64,000 nucleotides of DNA, taken from positions 1-64,000 of the IMG/VR virus record IMGVR_UViG_3300043425_001673. One strand, 5' to 3'. This document shows, piece after piece, positions 1-10,161 of the stretch. Made by a program: the position numbers and the translations under genes. The notes below the pieces were generated by a model. The model did no database searches, was not told the origin of the DNA, and saw only the letters and a program-made list of their open reading frames with translations. Origin of the DNA: a virus. Numbering within the stretch: position 1 is the stretch's first letter; each line of letters begins with the position of its first letter.

Positions 1-15
1 GGCTGCTGACAATAT

Positions 16-912
16 GTGAGGCTTGATATGAGCGTTCTGATTCAAAGCTATCTTCACAAGGCCGGTCTTTATCAGTTCAACGGTCTTCATATCATAAAAG
101 AAATGTCAGACAAGGCTTTGGATCTTCTGGCTCCCGAGGATGGACTTGAAGTCGGCAAAAAATCCAAGGTCAAAGGCATGCTTCAGCCCGGTGACTGGTC
201 GCTTCAAAAGATTGAATATCTTGAGGGACCGCACGGTGAGGCTGAATATGAAACCTGCGAGAACTGCAAAAAAAATATTCGATACGTTTGCCATATCATG
301 GGTGATGATTCAAAAGTCGTAGGTCCCGATTGTGCTCTGACTTTGCTTCCCCCTGGAAGTGAAGATGCAAAGGCGGTTGAGGACTATGTTGGCAAGAGAA
401 TCAAAAAGAACAAGTTTGTCAAAAATGCGATCAAGCTTTTTGAACTGAGTTCTGAAGTCACTCCCGAGGAAAAGGAATCCTTTGAGAGACTGAAAAAATA
501 TTATGACGGGAATGGATGGAAGGATATCAAAGGCGGTTCTGATGTCACTCCACTTTCTCAGTTCAAAGCTTTGAATTTTGCGAAGAACGGCAAATGGCTG
601 ACTGAACTTCTTTACAATGGATATAAGGCCGAGGCTTTCAAGTCGGGTATGTCTGGACTTCAGTTTCCAGCTGGCAGACTTGAAAAGGATGCCAAAAACA
701 TTTCGACCTATGCTGTTCGCAAATGGTTTGAGAAAATCCTGAATGATCAGGCGTCCCTCAAGGCTTTATCGCAGTCCTTTGAAAAGGTCTGGGAGGAACA
801 GGTGAGCCTTCGGAACAAAAAATATTTCCTTGATGAATCAGGCCGTGGTTTTGTATCGGAGTTTCTTGAAGAGTTCAAAGACCAGCTTGGTGGAACGGAG
901 TCTGTGTTTTGA
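16..912 (+). CDS. hypothetical protein with a possible Zn-binding Cys cluster
   Basis: 298-aa ORF with CENC..C..H..GPDC; start uncertain (ATG at 28 possible). Confidence 0.6.
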   Translation: MRLDMSVLIQSYLHKAGLYQFNGLHIIKEMSDKALDLLAPEDGLEVGKKSKVKGMLQPGDWSLQKIEYLEGPHGEAEYETCENCKKNIRYVCHIMGDDSKVVGPDCALTLLPPGSEDAKAVEDYVGKRIKKNKFVKNAIKLFELSSEVTPEEKESFERLKKYYDGNGWKDIKGGSDVTPLSQFKALNFAKNGKWLTELLYNGYKAEAFKSGMSGLQFPAGRLEKDAKNISTYAVRKWFEKILNDQASLKALSQSFEKVWEEQVSLRNKKYFLDESGRGFVSEFLEEFKDQLGGTESVF

Positions 913-1352
913 ATGAAGACATCAAAAAAATATGGAATGACGCAAGACAGATGAGCGAAAGCATCGGTGATAATACCGTTGATAACATTGTCGCTGAACT
1001 TGCCCGCTGCACTGCGATTGAGATTGACTTGTTCGTCGTCGATCTTCTGAACAAGATGGTTCGGGATTTCGTGCGGAACTATCATCTGCCTTTTTATGAA
1101 GACTTTCGAGTCGCTTTCAACCTTGTCCTCAACCGTTATCAGCTGATGAACGGTGATGAGGAAGGGGACCTGTTCAAAAAAATCGAGAATTTTTTTCTCA
1201 ACATTTTTTCCGAACGCTTCAACTCAGCCGGTCATGAAGTCAGCGATGTGATTGCGCGGAAGTTTGCGGCTCAGATGGTTCAGTTCCTAAAAGCGAACAA
1301 GGTCCAGGCCAACGTTGACTTGGCTGTGGATAAAAACAAGGTCTATTATTGA
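909..1352 (+). CDS. hypothetical protein
   Basis: 147-aa ORF overlapping the previous stop codon. Confidence 0.55.
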   Translation: MNEDIKKIWNDARQMSESIGDNTVDNIVAELARCTAIEIDLFVVDLLNKMVRDFVRNYHLPFYEDFRVAFNLVLNRYQLMNGDEEGDLFKKIENFFLNIFSERFNSAGHEVSDVIARKFAAQMVQFLKANKVQANVDLAVDKNKVYY

Positions 1353-1515
1353 CGGGTAAACCCTATGGATCTTGATTTTCAAAATGTCATACAGGTGATT
1401 ATCGTAGGCTTTCTGGCTGGCCTTCTTGTGTTTCTCATTTCGTTTTTTGGCTATCTTGGATACAGGGCTGGCGAGAGTCTTATAAGTTCGATCTTCGGGG
1501 AACCAACAGAAATTT

Positions 1516-1908
1516 TTGAGGACTGACATGAAATACAAACACCTTGGAACAGACCACTTCTATCGTGAAACCATCGAACTTGCAAGGCTCGTAATGGAAA
1601 AGCATCCATCCGATGCCATTGGCACGCATGGTCTTTCAAAATACAAAAAGCCTGCAAAAAGACTTTCCGAGAATGCCGAGAATTATCTGAAGCAGCTGTG
1701 CGGTGAATTCATGTCCCATGAGTTTGACGGCATCGACTGGCCTGAAATCAACTTTGCCATGATGCACCGCACTGATGATGTTTACGATGATTGGATTGAG
1801 TTTGCGAAGATGAAGGGACTCAACTCGGTCGATCTTCAGGCGGCGGGTTGGGAAATGATCTTTGGCGGTGAGTTCAACTACGTTCCAGCCCTTCAAAAGT
1901 TTTACTGA
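1516..1908 (+). CDS. hypothetical protein
   Basis: 130-aa ORF; likely ATG start at 1528 after GAGGA. Confidence 0.55.
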   Translation: MRTDMKYKHLGTDHFYRETIELARLVMEKHPSDAIGTHGLSKYKKPAKRLSENAENYLKQLCGEFMSHEFDGIDWPEINFAMMHRTDDVYDDWIEFAKMKGLNSVDLQAAGWEMIFGGEFNYVPALQKFY

Positions 1909-1912
1909 TCCG

Positions 1913-1930
1913 ACTGAATTCAAGTTCACT
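1913..1930. promoter_or_regulatory. 18-bp palindromic motif, copy 1 (ACTGAATTCAAGTTCACT)
   Basis: Matches consensus ASTGAAYTYRARTTCASW, seen 5 times at gene junctions. Confidence 0.7.
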
Positions 1931-1991
1931 TGAAATTGAGCGAAAATGGCTCCATACTTGTGTAGGTTTTGCGCAAATATGGAGTCCTTCC

Positions 1992-2216
1992 GTGTCCGAC
2001 GACTCACCTTTGGATTTCGATGAACAGCTTGAAAATGAGCCAGTTCAGCCTACGGAACTCTTGAACCAAAAGAGAGTCCGCATCAATATATCCGTCAAAC
2101 CCAGCGTCTATACGGAACTCATGCAGATTGCCCAGGCAGAGGACATGACGCTCAGGGCTTTGGCGCGTATTGCCCTTCAGCAATGGATCAAGAACTACAA
2201 AATAAATGGATTGTGA
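1992..2216 (+). CDS. ribbon-helix-helix (CopG-like) DNA-binding protein
   Basis: RVRINISV beta strand followed by two helices (YTELMQIAQAEDMTLRALARIALQQW). Confidence 0.65.
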   Translation: MSDDSPLDFDEQLENEPVQPTELLNQKRVRINISVKPSVYTELMQIAQAEDMTLRALARIALQQWIKNYKINGL

Positions 2217-3060
2217 GGATTTCGGGATGGTGTCTTTGGATAAACTGGAACTGGTTCAAAAGGATTTGCCTCAAGCGGCTGACATGAAGATCGGGATGCA
2301 GCCATTGGCTGAAGCCGGAAAATCGTCCACAGCGGTTTTATATCTGCCGAGCGGCTATCTCGATGATGAAGGGAAAATTCACACCGAAATCGTGATCCGT
2401 GAGATGGACGGTCGGGATGAAGACCTTCTGGCAAACCAGAAAATTCCTGTCTCAAATAGACTGAGCAAAATGGTCGAGAACTGCATCATTTCGATCGGTC
2501 CCTATAATCAGAAATCTGAAGGCTGGTCCGATATCGTGAAAGCGCTTCCGGTTGTCGATCGGGTGTGGATTCTGCTTCAGATTCGCGTGCTCACGGTCGG
2601 TCCCATCTATGCAGCCAAGGTCCAGTGCCCTAATCCTGAGTGCGGTAAATACAGTCAGCAGAATGCGGACCTGAACGAATTCAAGGTGAGCGGAATCACC
2701 GAGCCTGAGAAGCGTTCCTATAGTGGAATTTTGCCAAAGAGCAAAAAAGCCTATGTCTGCAAGGTCATGACGGGCGCTGATGAAGCGAAGCTTTCAAAAC
2801 TCGCACAGAAAAATTCCGAGGATCTTATCTCGCTCATGATTTCAGCCCGTCTTCTTTCGCTTGACGGCAAACCTGCACCTTCCCTTCAGGAACTGAAATC
2901 GCTCTCCCTTATGGATCGCCAGCATCTTCGCAATGAATTCAAAAAGCATGAAGGTGAAATCGAGCGAACCCTGGAATGCACATGCCCGCACTGTGACACT
3001 GAGTTCCAGCAGGAAATCGAGTTTGATCATCAAAGTTTTTTCTTCCCTTCGGAAACGTGA
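2206..3060 (+). CDS. tail/baseplate assembly chaperone with two Zn ribbons
   Basis: LPSGY..IREMDGRDE, CPNPEC and CPHC; upstream of the tape measure; ends in a slippery site. Confidence 0.75.
   Translation: MDCEDFGMVSLDKLELVQKDLPQAADMKIGMQPLAEAGKSSTAVLYLPSGYLDDEGKIHTEIVIREMDGRDEDLLANQKIPVSNRLSKMVENCIISIGPYNQKSEGWSDIVKALPVVDRVWILLQIRVLTVGPIYAAKVQCPNPECGKYSQQNADLNEFKVSGITEPEKRSYSGILPKSKKAYVCKVMTGADEAKLSKLAQKNSEDLISLMISARLLSLDGKPAPSLQELKSLSLMDRQHLRNEFKKHEGEIERTLECTCPHCDTEFQQEIEFDHQSFFFPSET
3036..3042 (+). other. -1 programmed frameshift slippery heptamer T TTT TTC
   Basis: X XXY YYZ pattern in the correct phase; the -1 frame stays open to 3215. Confidence 0.75.
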
Positions 3061-3215
3061 AGGCTTTGGAGGATCATGTATTTTTTCTCGGCAATAACCT
3101 TCACTGGCAGCCCGATGAAGTCATGAGACTCCCCGTTTCCCGAAGGTATCGGTTTGTCGTCATTCTTTCGAGACAGATTGAGGAACATAATTCCAAGATG
3201 AAGAAGGGAAAATAA
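3057..3215 (+). CDS. tail chaperone frameshift extension (GpE'-like), not in the ORF track
   Basis: Hand translation VKALEDHVFFLGNNLHWQPDEVMRLPVSRRYRFVVILSRQIEE..; HW...LP..RR pattern typical of these extensions. Confidence 0.75.
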   Translation: MKALEDHVFFLGNNLHWQPDEVMRLPVSRRYRFVVILSRQIEEHNSKMKKGK

Positions 3216-4084
3216 TGAAAGGAATCATTCTCGCGGGTGGAAGTGGAACAAGGCTCTATCCACTCACCATGGCAGTCAGCAAGCAGCTGCTTCCCGTTTA
3301 CGATAAGCCCATGATCTACTATCCCCTATCAACACTCATGGCAGGGGATATCAGGGATATTCTGATTATCTCGACACCAAACGATATTTCGATGTTCAAA
3401 AGACTTTTGAGGGATGGAAGTCAGTTTGGGATCAATATTCAGTATGCGATGCAGCCTTCACCGCGAGGCATTGCTGAAGCGTTTTTGATCGGTGAGAGTT
3501 TTATCGGCTGGAACAACGTCACACTCATTTTGGGTGACAATATATTTCATACGCCTTCGCTCAATCTTAAGGACAACGACAGCAAACTGAAAAATGGCTT
3601 TGCTGTCAACTATGCCTATCAGGTGAAAGATCCTGAACGCTATGGTGTTGTGAGTTTTGATTCAGATTGCAAACCAAAGACAATCGAGGAAAAACCCAAA
3701 AACCCGGCAAGTAATTTTGCAGTCACAGGTCTTTACTCTTATAATTGTGATGTGATTTCAATTGCCCGACACTTAAAGCCTTCAGCGAGAGGCGAACTTG
3801 AAATCACTGATATCAACCGAAGATATCTCGAAAGCGGAAATCTTGAGGTTAATATCATCCCGCGCGGCTCGGCTTGGCTCGATACCGGAACGATTGACGC
3901 TTTGATTGAAGCTTCAGCTTACGTTCAGGCGATCGAGCATAGGCAAGGACAAAAGATTGCCTGTCCCGAGGAAATAGCTTTCAAAAAAGGCTGGATCAGC
4001 CTTTCTGAACTCGAAAGACAGGCAGAGCATCTGGCGAAAACTGAATACGGGAATTATCTTTATCGAATGATAAGCAATCTTTGA
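3215..4084 (+). CDS. rmlA: glucose-1-phosphate thymidylyltransferase
   Basis: GIILAGGSGTRLYP, SKQLLPVYDKPMIYYPLS, LKPSARGELEITD, WLDTGT. Confidence 0.97.
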   Translation: MKGIILAGGSGTRLYPLTMAVSKQLLPVYDKPMIYYPLSTLMAGDIRDILIISTPNDISMFKRLLRDGSQFGINIQYAMQPSPRGIAEAFLIGESFIGWNNVTLILGDNIFHTPSLNLKDNDSKLKNGFAVNYAYQVKDPERYGVVSFDSDCKPKTIEEKPKNPASNFAVTGLYSYNCDVISIARHLKPSARGELEITDINRRYLESGNLEVNIIPRGSAWLDTGTIDALIEASAYVQAIEHRQGQKIACPEEIAFKKGWISLSELERQAEHLAKTEYGNYLYRMISNL

Positions 4085-4086
4085 AG

Positions 4087-4659
4087 TCACCATTCAAAAT
4101 CGTTTTTCTTGTCTTTGGTTTTTTGAGTATCCATTTCTCCTGTTGGCCAATCGGTTTTTTTATCCTCTACTGATTTGTCCCATTTCGTTTCGGTCGGAAG
4201 TTTACGGGCGACACCTTCTGGTGCTTCGCTCGGAATTTTCTTTTCCTCATCATAGTTGTAAGCCTTTTCCTTTTCAGCTTTTGGTTCCACTTTTGCCTGC
4301 ACAGGTTTTGGTTCAGCCTTCGGCTTTGGCTTTTTTCTTTTTGAGTCGGACATATCAAGGTTTTCAAGTTCCCGCCAAATATCTTCGTCGATTTTTGTAT
4401 CACTCACGGATGGAACATACTTAAATGGCTGTGAGGCTGGTTCCTGCACCTGGAATAGCCGTGCGCATTCAATGAATTTAAGATCAGCATCAAACTCCTT
4501 GAACGACTTGTTGTGGCATTCCACAATGTCAGTGAAGCATTTCAGATATTCAGACTTGTTGCTTGTCACCTTGTCGCAAAACTTGAAAGCCAAGTCATCG
4601 ACTCTTGCCTTGGGTGTGCAGGACATAAATAAAGCCATGGAAAGAAGAACTTTTTTCAT
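4087..4659 (-). CDS. putative lipoprotein/secreted protein with a Lys/Pro-rich tail
   Basis: MKKVLLSMALFMSC signal/lipobox-like N-terminus; several Cys. Confidence 0.55.
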   Translation of the reverse strand: MKKVLLSMALFMSCTPKARVDDLAFKFCDKVTSNKSEYLKCFTDIVECHNKSFKEFDADLKFIECARLFQVQEPASQPFKYVPSVSDTKIDEDIWRELENLDMSDSKRKKPKPKAEPKPVQAKVEPKAEKEKAYNYDEEKKIPSEAPEGVARKLPTETKWDKSVEDKKTDWPTGEMDTQKTKDKKNDFEW

Positions 4660-4711
4660 AACAAGGGCTCCGGGTTAAAATAAGGTCATAACCGTAAAGG
4701 GGAAAAGCACT

Positions 4712-7093
4712 GTGAAAGAGTATCTGGGTTTGGGAGTGGTCTTTTCCGCGATCGACAAAGGTTTGGCCAAGAGCCTTAAGTTGACTTCGCAAGGTCTGGG
4801 TGAAGTCGATGAAAAAATGAAGAAAACAGAAAAAACTGCAGACAATGCAGGCAAAAAGGGTGGAATTTTAAATGGCTTATACGATGGACTCAAACTTCTA
4901 TCCCTTAGTCAAATTGGCTCAACACTCAATGATATGCAGGAAGCAATGTCGGGTGTCGGCGGCGGTATCGAAGATACATTCAAAAAATTGGACACTTTAT
5001 CTACCAAAGTCGCACTGACATTTGACGGCAAGCAAGCACAAAATCTAAACAATGCGCTTTTGACAACCATGCGGACCATGGGACTCACCGGGGATGAAAC
5101 TGAAATCTTCGCTCAGTCCTTTATGGAATTCGGTCGATCCGTTGATGAAGCGACTGCAAGCCTTCCGATGATGGGGAAACTCGTTGGCACATTGGGACTT
5201 GATGCGCAAAAGGTCGCTCAGATGTATGGCCAGGGACTCGCAACGTTAAGAGCGACACCTGATGCCCTGACAGGCGTGATGAAGGAAGTTGTGGCCATTC
5301 AAAAGGCTTACAAACTTACCGATCAGGTTTCCCAGCTTCCAGAAATCTTTGAAGCTGTTACTAAAAACAGCGCAATGTTTGGAAAGGTGAATGCTCAAAC
5401 CGCTTTGAATACTGTGCGGTCCATCTCTGGGCTGAGTGCAGTTTTCCAAAAAGTTGGCATGAGTCAGCAAGGTGCCTTGGCTGCAGCAACAGGTTTTGGC
5501 GATAAGCTTTCCAGCCTCAAACGCTCTGTGGCTGATATGCGTGCCGGTCTTGAGCCGCTTGACAATGATCTATTCGATGCTGCTCAGGCATTGACACTTA
5601 TGGGTTTCAGTGGTGAAGATGCTTTCCAAAAAATCTTTGAAGGTGCCGACAATCCCTTGAAGTTGGCTGAAGAACTCAATGGCCAGTTTGCGAAACTATC
5701 CCAGGATCAGCAGAATATTGTGTCGGCTCGATTCAGGCGTATCTTCGGTGATGAAGCGACAAATCTTTTGTCCGCTTATGGGGATGAAGCCAAAAAGGCT
5801 TTCGATATTGGCAAGGGACCTGAAGTCAAAAAAGCGCCGGATAAGATTTTCGATGAATATACGAAGGGCTTGACAAATACTGTTGCCGTTCAGGAAAAAC
5901 TTACTGAATCAAGCAAAGCCTATTTTGAAATCATGACAAGCTTTGTCAACAAGGACAAAACGATTGAAGTTCTTCAGGCGCAAAGAAAAGCCTGGGATGG
6001 TTTGACAAGTGCGGTGACTGATGCCGATTCAATCTTTGGGAAGTTTCTTGCCAAACTTGATCTATTCAAGAAGACCGGACTTGGTGGATTCATTACGGAA
6101 CTCGCACCACTCGGGGTTGTGGCTGGACTTCTTGGTGGACTTATATTTCCTCTGGCCAATCTCGTTGGTCTTTTGAAAATTTTTGGGAAGCTTCCACTGA
6201 AAATCATTGGTGGATTCTTCAAAGGTTTGTCGGCAACACTTGGAACGACTGGTCTTGGATTCAAAGCGCTGCTGAAACCTGTCATGCTTTTCAAAACAAT
6301 TGCAGAACATCTTTATGTCTCAATTGGCGTCCGAATGATTGATGCCTTTGCAAAGCTGCAAAAAGGTCTGGCACTTCTGATGAGAATCGGTATCGGTCCC
6401 CTTATGACAGCTTTCCGAACATTGGCTGTAGTAATTTCCTTGACGCCGGTTGGTTGGCTTACCGCTGCAATCATCGGACTGGGAGCAGCCCTGGCAGGCA
6501 TTATCTATTATTGGGACGACATTAAAAAAGCCGCCACAGATCTTTTCAATTACCTTGGTCCGAAGATCATGGAAATGGCTGATGGTCTTGCCTCATGGCT
6601 TGGACTTGATGAAGTCTGGAACAAAATGAAAACAGGCTTCGCTGATGTGATCAAATATTTCAGCGAACTTTGGAGCGGCTTTACCAAGTGGGTTTCCGAA
6701 TCCTTGAGCCTTGGCGGTATTGGGAAAGGTCTTGCCAAATTCCTTGGGTTTGGTTCGGATGATAAGAAAACCGAAACGGCTCCAACTCCTGCTTCCATGG
6801 CTTCAACAGAGCAGGCGAGTGTGATTCCGATCAAACAGCAGCCGGGTGTCGCAGCGCTTCCAACCTATACAAGTTTTGCTGATCAAAAAACCGAACAGGT
6901 TAACGATCCAAACATTCAGGCGCTGTTGAATGAGATTTCAAAGCTTGGCCAGTTTATAGCTCAGATGGGACAGGCACTTTCCGAGCGTCCTGTTCAGGTG
7001 TCGATTGAAGGCGATGTTAAAAAATTCTTTAAAGCTGTCAATCAAGAACAAAAAAATCAGGTCGGTCAACGCATGGCCGGGGGAGCCTTTTAA
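4712..7093 (+). CDS. tail tape measure protein
   Basis: 793 aa, helical and Ala/Gly-rich, hydrophobic segment, YYWDDIK/W repeats; follows the chaperone. Confidence 0.85.
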   Translation: MKEYLGLGVVFSAIDKGLAKSLKLTSQGLGEVDEKMKKTEKTADNAGKKGGILNGLYDGLKLLSLSQIGSTLNDMQEAMSGVGGGIEDTFKKLDTLSTKVALTFDGKQAQNLNNALLTTMRTMGLTGDETEIFAQSFMEFGRSVDEATASLPMMGKLVGTLGLDAQKVAQMYGQGLATLRATPDALTGVMKEVVAIQKAYKLTDQVSQLPEIFEAVTKNSAMFGKVNAQTALNTVRSISGLSAVFQKVGMSQQGALAAATGFGDKLSSLKRSVADMRAGLEPLDNDLFDAAQALTLMGFSGEDAFQKIFEGADNPLKLAEELNGQFAKLSQDQQNIVSARFRRIFGDEATNLLSAYGDEAKKAFDIGKGPEVKKAPDKIFDEYTKGLTNTVAVQEKLTESSKAYFEIMTSFVNKDKTIEVLQAQRKAWDGLTSAVTDADSIFGKFLAKLDLFKKTGLGGFITELAPLGVVAGLLGGLIFPLANLVGLLKIFGKLPLKIIGGFFKGLSATLGTTGLGFKALLKPVMLFKTIAEHLYVSIGVRMIDAFAKLQKGLALLMRIGIGPLMTAFRTLAVVISLTPVGWLTAAIIGLGAALAGIIYYWDDIKKAATDLFNYLGPKIMEMADGLASWLGLDEVWNKMKTGFADVIKYFSELWSGFTKWVSESLSLGGIGKGLAKFLGFGSDDKKTETAPTPASMASTEQASVIPIKQQPGVAALPTYTSFADQKTEQVNDPNIQALLNEISKLGQFIAQMGQALSERPVQVSIEGDVKKFFKAVNQEQKNQVGQRMAGGAF

Positions 7094-7096
7094 GTC

Positions 7097-7435
7097 ATGG
7101 CATTTGAAATCACAAAAAACAGCTGGCTCAATGTCACCGATCTTTTGATTGCCGAGGATGATTCGGTATCGGGGAGTGTGACATTCTGGGAAACTCCTGA
7201 TTTTTCTGAAGTCATTCCAAAGTCCGATGATCTTCTGGTTGAAATAGATCAAAGGTATCTTGGAAGACTTGATCTACTGGCTTATGACGTTTATGGGGAC
7301 TCTGATCTTTGGTGGATCATTGCATTGGCCAATAATATTGAACTCATTCCAACCGATGTCCGGCTTGGAATGACAGTTCGCGTTCCACCAAAAAACTATG
7401 TCGATGCTTTCATTGCAGCGGGTGGACAGAAATGA
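7097..7435 (+). CDS. baseplate LysM-like / gp53 / tail X protein
   Basis: RLDLLAYDVYGDSDLWWIIALANNI motif. Confidence 0.85.
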   Translation: MAFEITKNSWLNVTDLLIAEDDSVSGSVTFWETPDFSEVIPKSDDLLVEIDQRYLGRLDLLAYDVYGDSDLWWIIALANNIELIPTDVRLGMTVRVPPKNYVDAFIAAGGQK

Positions 7436-8886
7436 CGATTGATTTCAATGGCGGTATTCATGAAGTTGTGCTGTTCAAGGATGGAAGACGTTATGACAAG
7501 AGTAATTTTCCAATCCTTTTCAACAGCATTTCCTCAGCTTCAGTCAAGTTTGGAAATGAAAATCTAGGGACCATGGAAGTTCAGATTACTCCATCGCTTG
7601 AGGATGGTTTCAAAATCCTTGAGTCAGGTCTTCTTGGTATTGGCCTGACTCAAAAAGGACAGGCACCTGAACTTTTGTCTCAGGATGGCAATACTTCAAG
7701 AAGCATCATACCAAAAACAACTGACAGTATTGTCTCTTCACCAAAACCAAATCCACCGGATACCGGAAGTGGAAGTGTCTATCCTGTCCTGGCCATAAGG
7801 TTTCTATATCAGGATCAGCTTGATAACGATGGAACAGAGGCTTCGACACCTTGGTATGTTGGCATTTGCAATGTTCCCGATCTTTCCTTGAATGCAACAG
7901 AAATGATCATAACAATGAAAGCTGCAAGCCAGGGTATTCAAGCCAGTAAATTCATTGCGACAGCAAGCTTTGAAAACGAAAGTGTTTATAATGCAATTCT
8001 TAAAGTCCTTGATCCATTTGGCATTGAGATAACTTTTGATGATGATGATACCAGGACAGAGGAACTTCTTAAGAACAAAACCTATACAGGCATCAGCGCT
8101 GAGCCGCCGCTTCTCACTGTCAAAAACATTCTTATGACTGTTGACTGTTACTTCAGTCTTATCAGTGGTGACGGCAAAAATCCGAAGGATGAAATCAGAA
8201 TCAAATCAAGGCAGTCAGTCAACGAAGGGAAAATTGATTTTACTTTTGTTCTATATAGACAGATTGATCCAGCAAACAACGTGATTCCAATTTACGATTT
8301 CAGCCTTCAAAGCAACGGCGCTCTTTTTCTTTCAGGTGGTGCCTTTGGATCAGCGCAAACAGGTATAGATTCCGAAACCAAAGAGAAGATCACGCTTGAG
8401 GTTGATGATCAAAGCAATCGAACAAAAGCGCTTTCGGGTAATCAGGCAGGTGCATTCAAGGTCCCCGAGGGGAAAGGGAAGACTTTTGGCGTATCAAATG
8501 GGATCAATCCCAGGAGCGATGTCACCATTTCCGGGGATAATATTCCCGTTACGCAATCAGGAACCCTTTCAAACAGGCCGGAAATCGAAGCCAAGGCACT
8601 TTCTGATGGGAGCCTTGGTCTTTCCTATCAGATTACCGTTCCAGGGCTTCCACGGCTCAGAGCGATGCGATTGGCTCAGGTGATTATCGGTGATAACATC
8701 AAGGGTATAAGTGGGCCTGGACAAATTTACACAGTTACGCACCGCACCGGCAGTGACGGTTGGGTGAGTGAAATCGACTTTAGGCGACAGCCTGGACTTG
8801 TTGACGGTGCATCGGTTGACCTGAGAAAGACCGAGCCGACTCCAAGACCGGCGCAAACCAACAGCAAAAAACCGATAGGGATTTAA
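7432..8886 (+). CDS. baseplate hub (late control D / gp27-like)
   Basis: Lies between LysM-like and spike genes; C-terminal VPGLPRLRA..SGPGQIYTVTH..GW motif. Confidence 0.65.
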   Translation: MTIDFNGGIHEVVLFKDGRRYDKSNFPILFNSISSASVKFGNENLGTMEVQITPSLEDGFKILESGLLGIGLTQKGQAPELLSQDGNTSRSIIPKTTDSIVSSPKPNPPDTGSGSVYPVLAIRFLYQDQLDNDGTEASTPWYVGICNVPDLSLNATEMIITMKAASQGIQASKFIATASFENESVYNAILKVLDPFGIEITFDDDDTRTEELLKNKTYTGISAEPPLLTVKNILMTVDCYFSLISGDGKNPKDEIRIKSRQSVNEGKIDFTFVLYRQIDPANNVIPIYDFSLQSNGALFLSGGAFGSAQTGIDSETKEKITLEVDDQSNRTKALSGNQAGAFKVPEGKGKTFGVSNGINPRSDVTISGDNIPVTQSGTLSNRPEIEAKALSDGSLGLSYQITVPGLPRLRAMRLAQVIIGDNIKGISGPGQIYTVTHRTGSDGWVSEIDFRRQPGLVDGASVDLRKTEPTPRPAQTNSKKPIGI

Positions 8887-8966
8887 CATGATCATCGCAG
8901 GCATTCTTTTTGTCTTGTTTTTGACAACTGTAATGCCTGCTTTTTATCTTGCGTATAAAGAGATGA

Positions 8967-9980
8967 ATGATGAGTGAATTGATCGAACAGCTGATGCATA
9001 ACGTTCGGACCTTCGGCTTTGAAAAGGTCTTCAAAAGATATTATGGAATCTATCGGGCTCGCGTCACCGACAACAAGGATGAGCAGGAGCGGGGAAGGAT
9101 TCAGGTTGTTGTGCCTTCTCTTTTTGGGGACAACAACAAACTTCCCGAGTGGGCAATACCAAAGGATTTTCGTGCTGCTTCAAAGGGCAAGGGAGAATTT
9201 TATGTTCCTGATGTCGATGATTTTGTCTATATCGAGTTTGAAGCAGGTGATCCAAGGTTTCCCGTCTATTCAGGCGGCTGGTATGGACGTGATGAGGTTG
9301 ACGCTGACTTTGCCTATCAGGATGGTGAGCCAACCATCAAAGGGTTAAAGACAAAATACGGTCACAGTCTTCGCTTTGATGAGACGGCTGGCAAGGAAAA
9401 GATCATCCTGAATACCAAGGCCGGTCATTATCTGATTCTGGATGATACGGCTGACAAGGAAAGTTTTTATCTCATTCATAAAAGCGGCTCCCAACTTCAG
9501 ATTGATGAAAAGGGAAATGCCAAGATGTTTGTAACAGGCGGCGGTTTTTTAAACCTGTCAGCTGAAACCGGGGAAGTGACATGCACGAGTAAGGACGGCG
9601 CATTGGTATCGGTGGAAAAGGGTGTAAAACTTTTTGATTCCACTGGGCAGAACTTTGCGACGATAGATGAGAAGGGTATATTGCTAAACACATCCAAGGA
9701 CTGTCTTATTCAAGGCAACACTCTAAGCGCAAGTGTTGGAACTGTATCATTGAAGGATACAGCCCAGGCAGGCTTGATTATCAAGAACGGCCAAATAGCT
9801 TTAGGAAATTCTGTAGTGGAAGTGTTGGATCAAATTGTGAAAATTTGTGATGCTTTAACCAGTGGTTCGCCGCTAGTAACAACTGGCGTAGGACCGTCTA
9901 GCCCTTTACTTCCACCAGCTTTGACGCAGTTAATTTTGGTTAAAACACTAATTACAAGTTTAAAGACAACAATTTCTTGA
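8967..9980 (+). CDS. baseplate central spike (gp5/gpV/VgrG-like)
   Basis: YYGIYRARVTDNKD..GRIQV.VP, P.V.D.V..EFEAGDP.FP OB fold; beta-helix repeats. Confidence 0.9.
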   Translation: MMSELIEQLMHNVRTFGFEKVFKRYYGIYRARVTDNKDEQERGRIQVVVPSLFGDNNKLPEWAIPKDFRAASKGKGEFYVPDVDDFVYIEFEAGDPRFPVYSGGWYGRDEVDADFAYQDGEPTIKGLKTKYGHSLRFDETAGKEKIILNTKAGHYLILDDTADKESFYLIHKSGSQLQIDEKGNAKMFVTGGGFLNLSAETGEVTCTSKDGALVSVEKGVKLFDSTGQNFATIDEKGILLNTSKDCLIQGNTLSASVGTVSLKDTAQAGLIIKNGQIALGNSVVEVLDQIVKICDALTSGSPLVTTGVGPSSPLLPPALTQLILVKTLITSLKTTIS

Positions 9981-9990
9981 CTTGTATGCG

Positions 9991-10130
9991 TGCAAATTGT
10001 AGTCCAATTGACTTCAGTAAAGTGCGCTACTGTTGCGTCCTGTTTTGTTTGTTTATTGTACTGTAGAGTCCTGTGTTGTTTTCTGTTGTGTTGTAATGGA
10101 GCCGATCAACCAGTAATGGTTGGATCGGCT
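9991..10130 (+). ncRNA. pentamer-periodic (NGT-NN)n tracts plus terminal hairpin; candidate guide RNA (VIPR-like)
   Basis: Tract 1 at 9991-10050 and tract 2 at 10057-10101 have T/GT every 5 nt; hairpin AGCCGATCAACCA..TGGTTGGATCGGCT at 10100-10130. Confidence 0.65.
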
Positions 10131-10161
10131 TACTATTTTTGTAATTAAATAAGGTAAAGCA

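Noticed and set aside
9981-10161. CRISPR array beside the RAMP-like gene
   Set aside because: No 25-45-nt direct repeats with spacers here or elsewhere in the window
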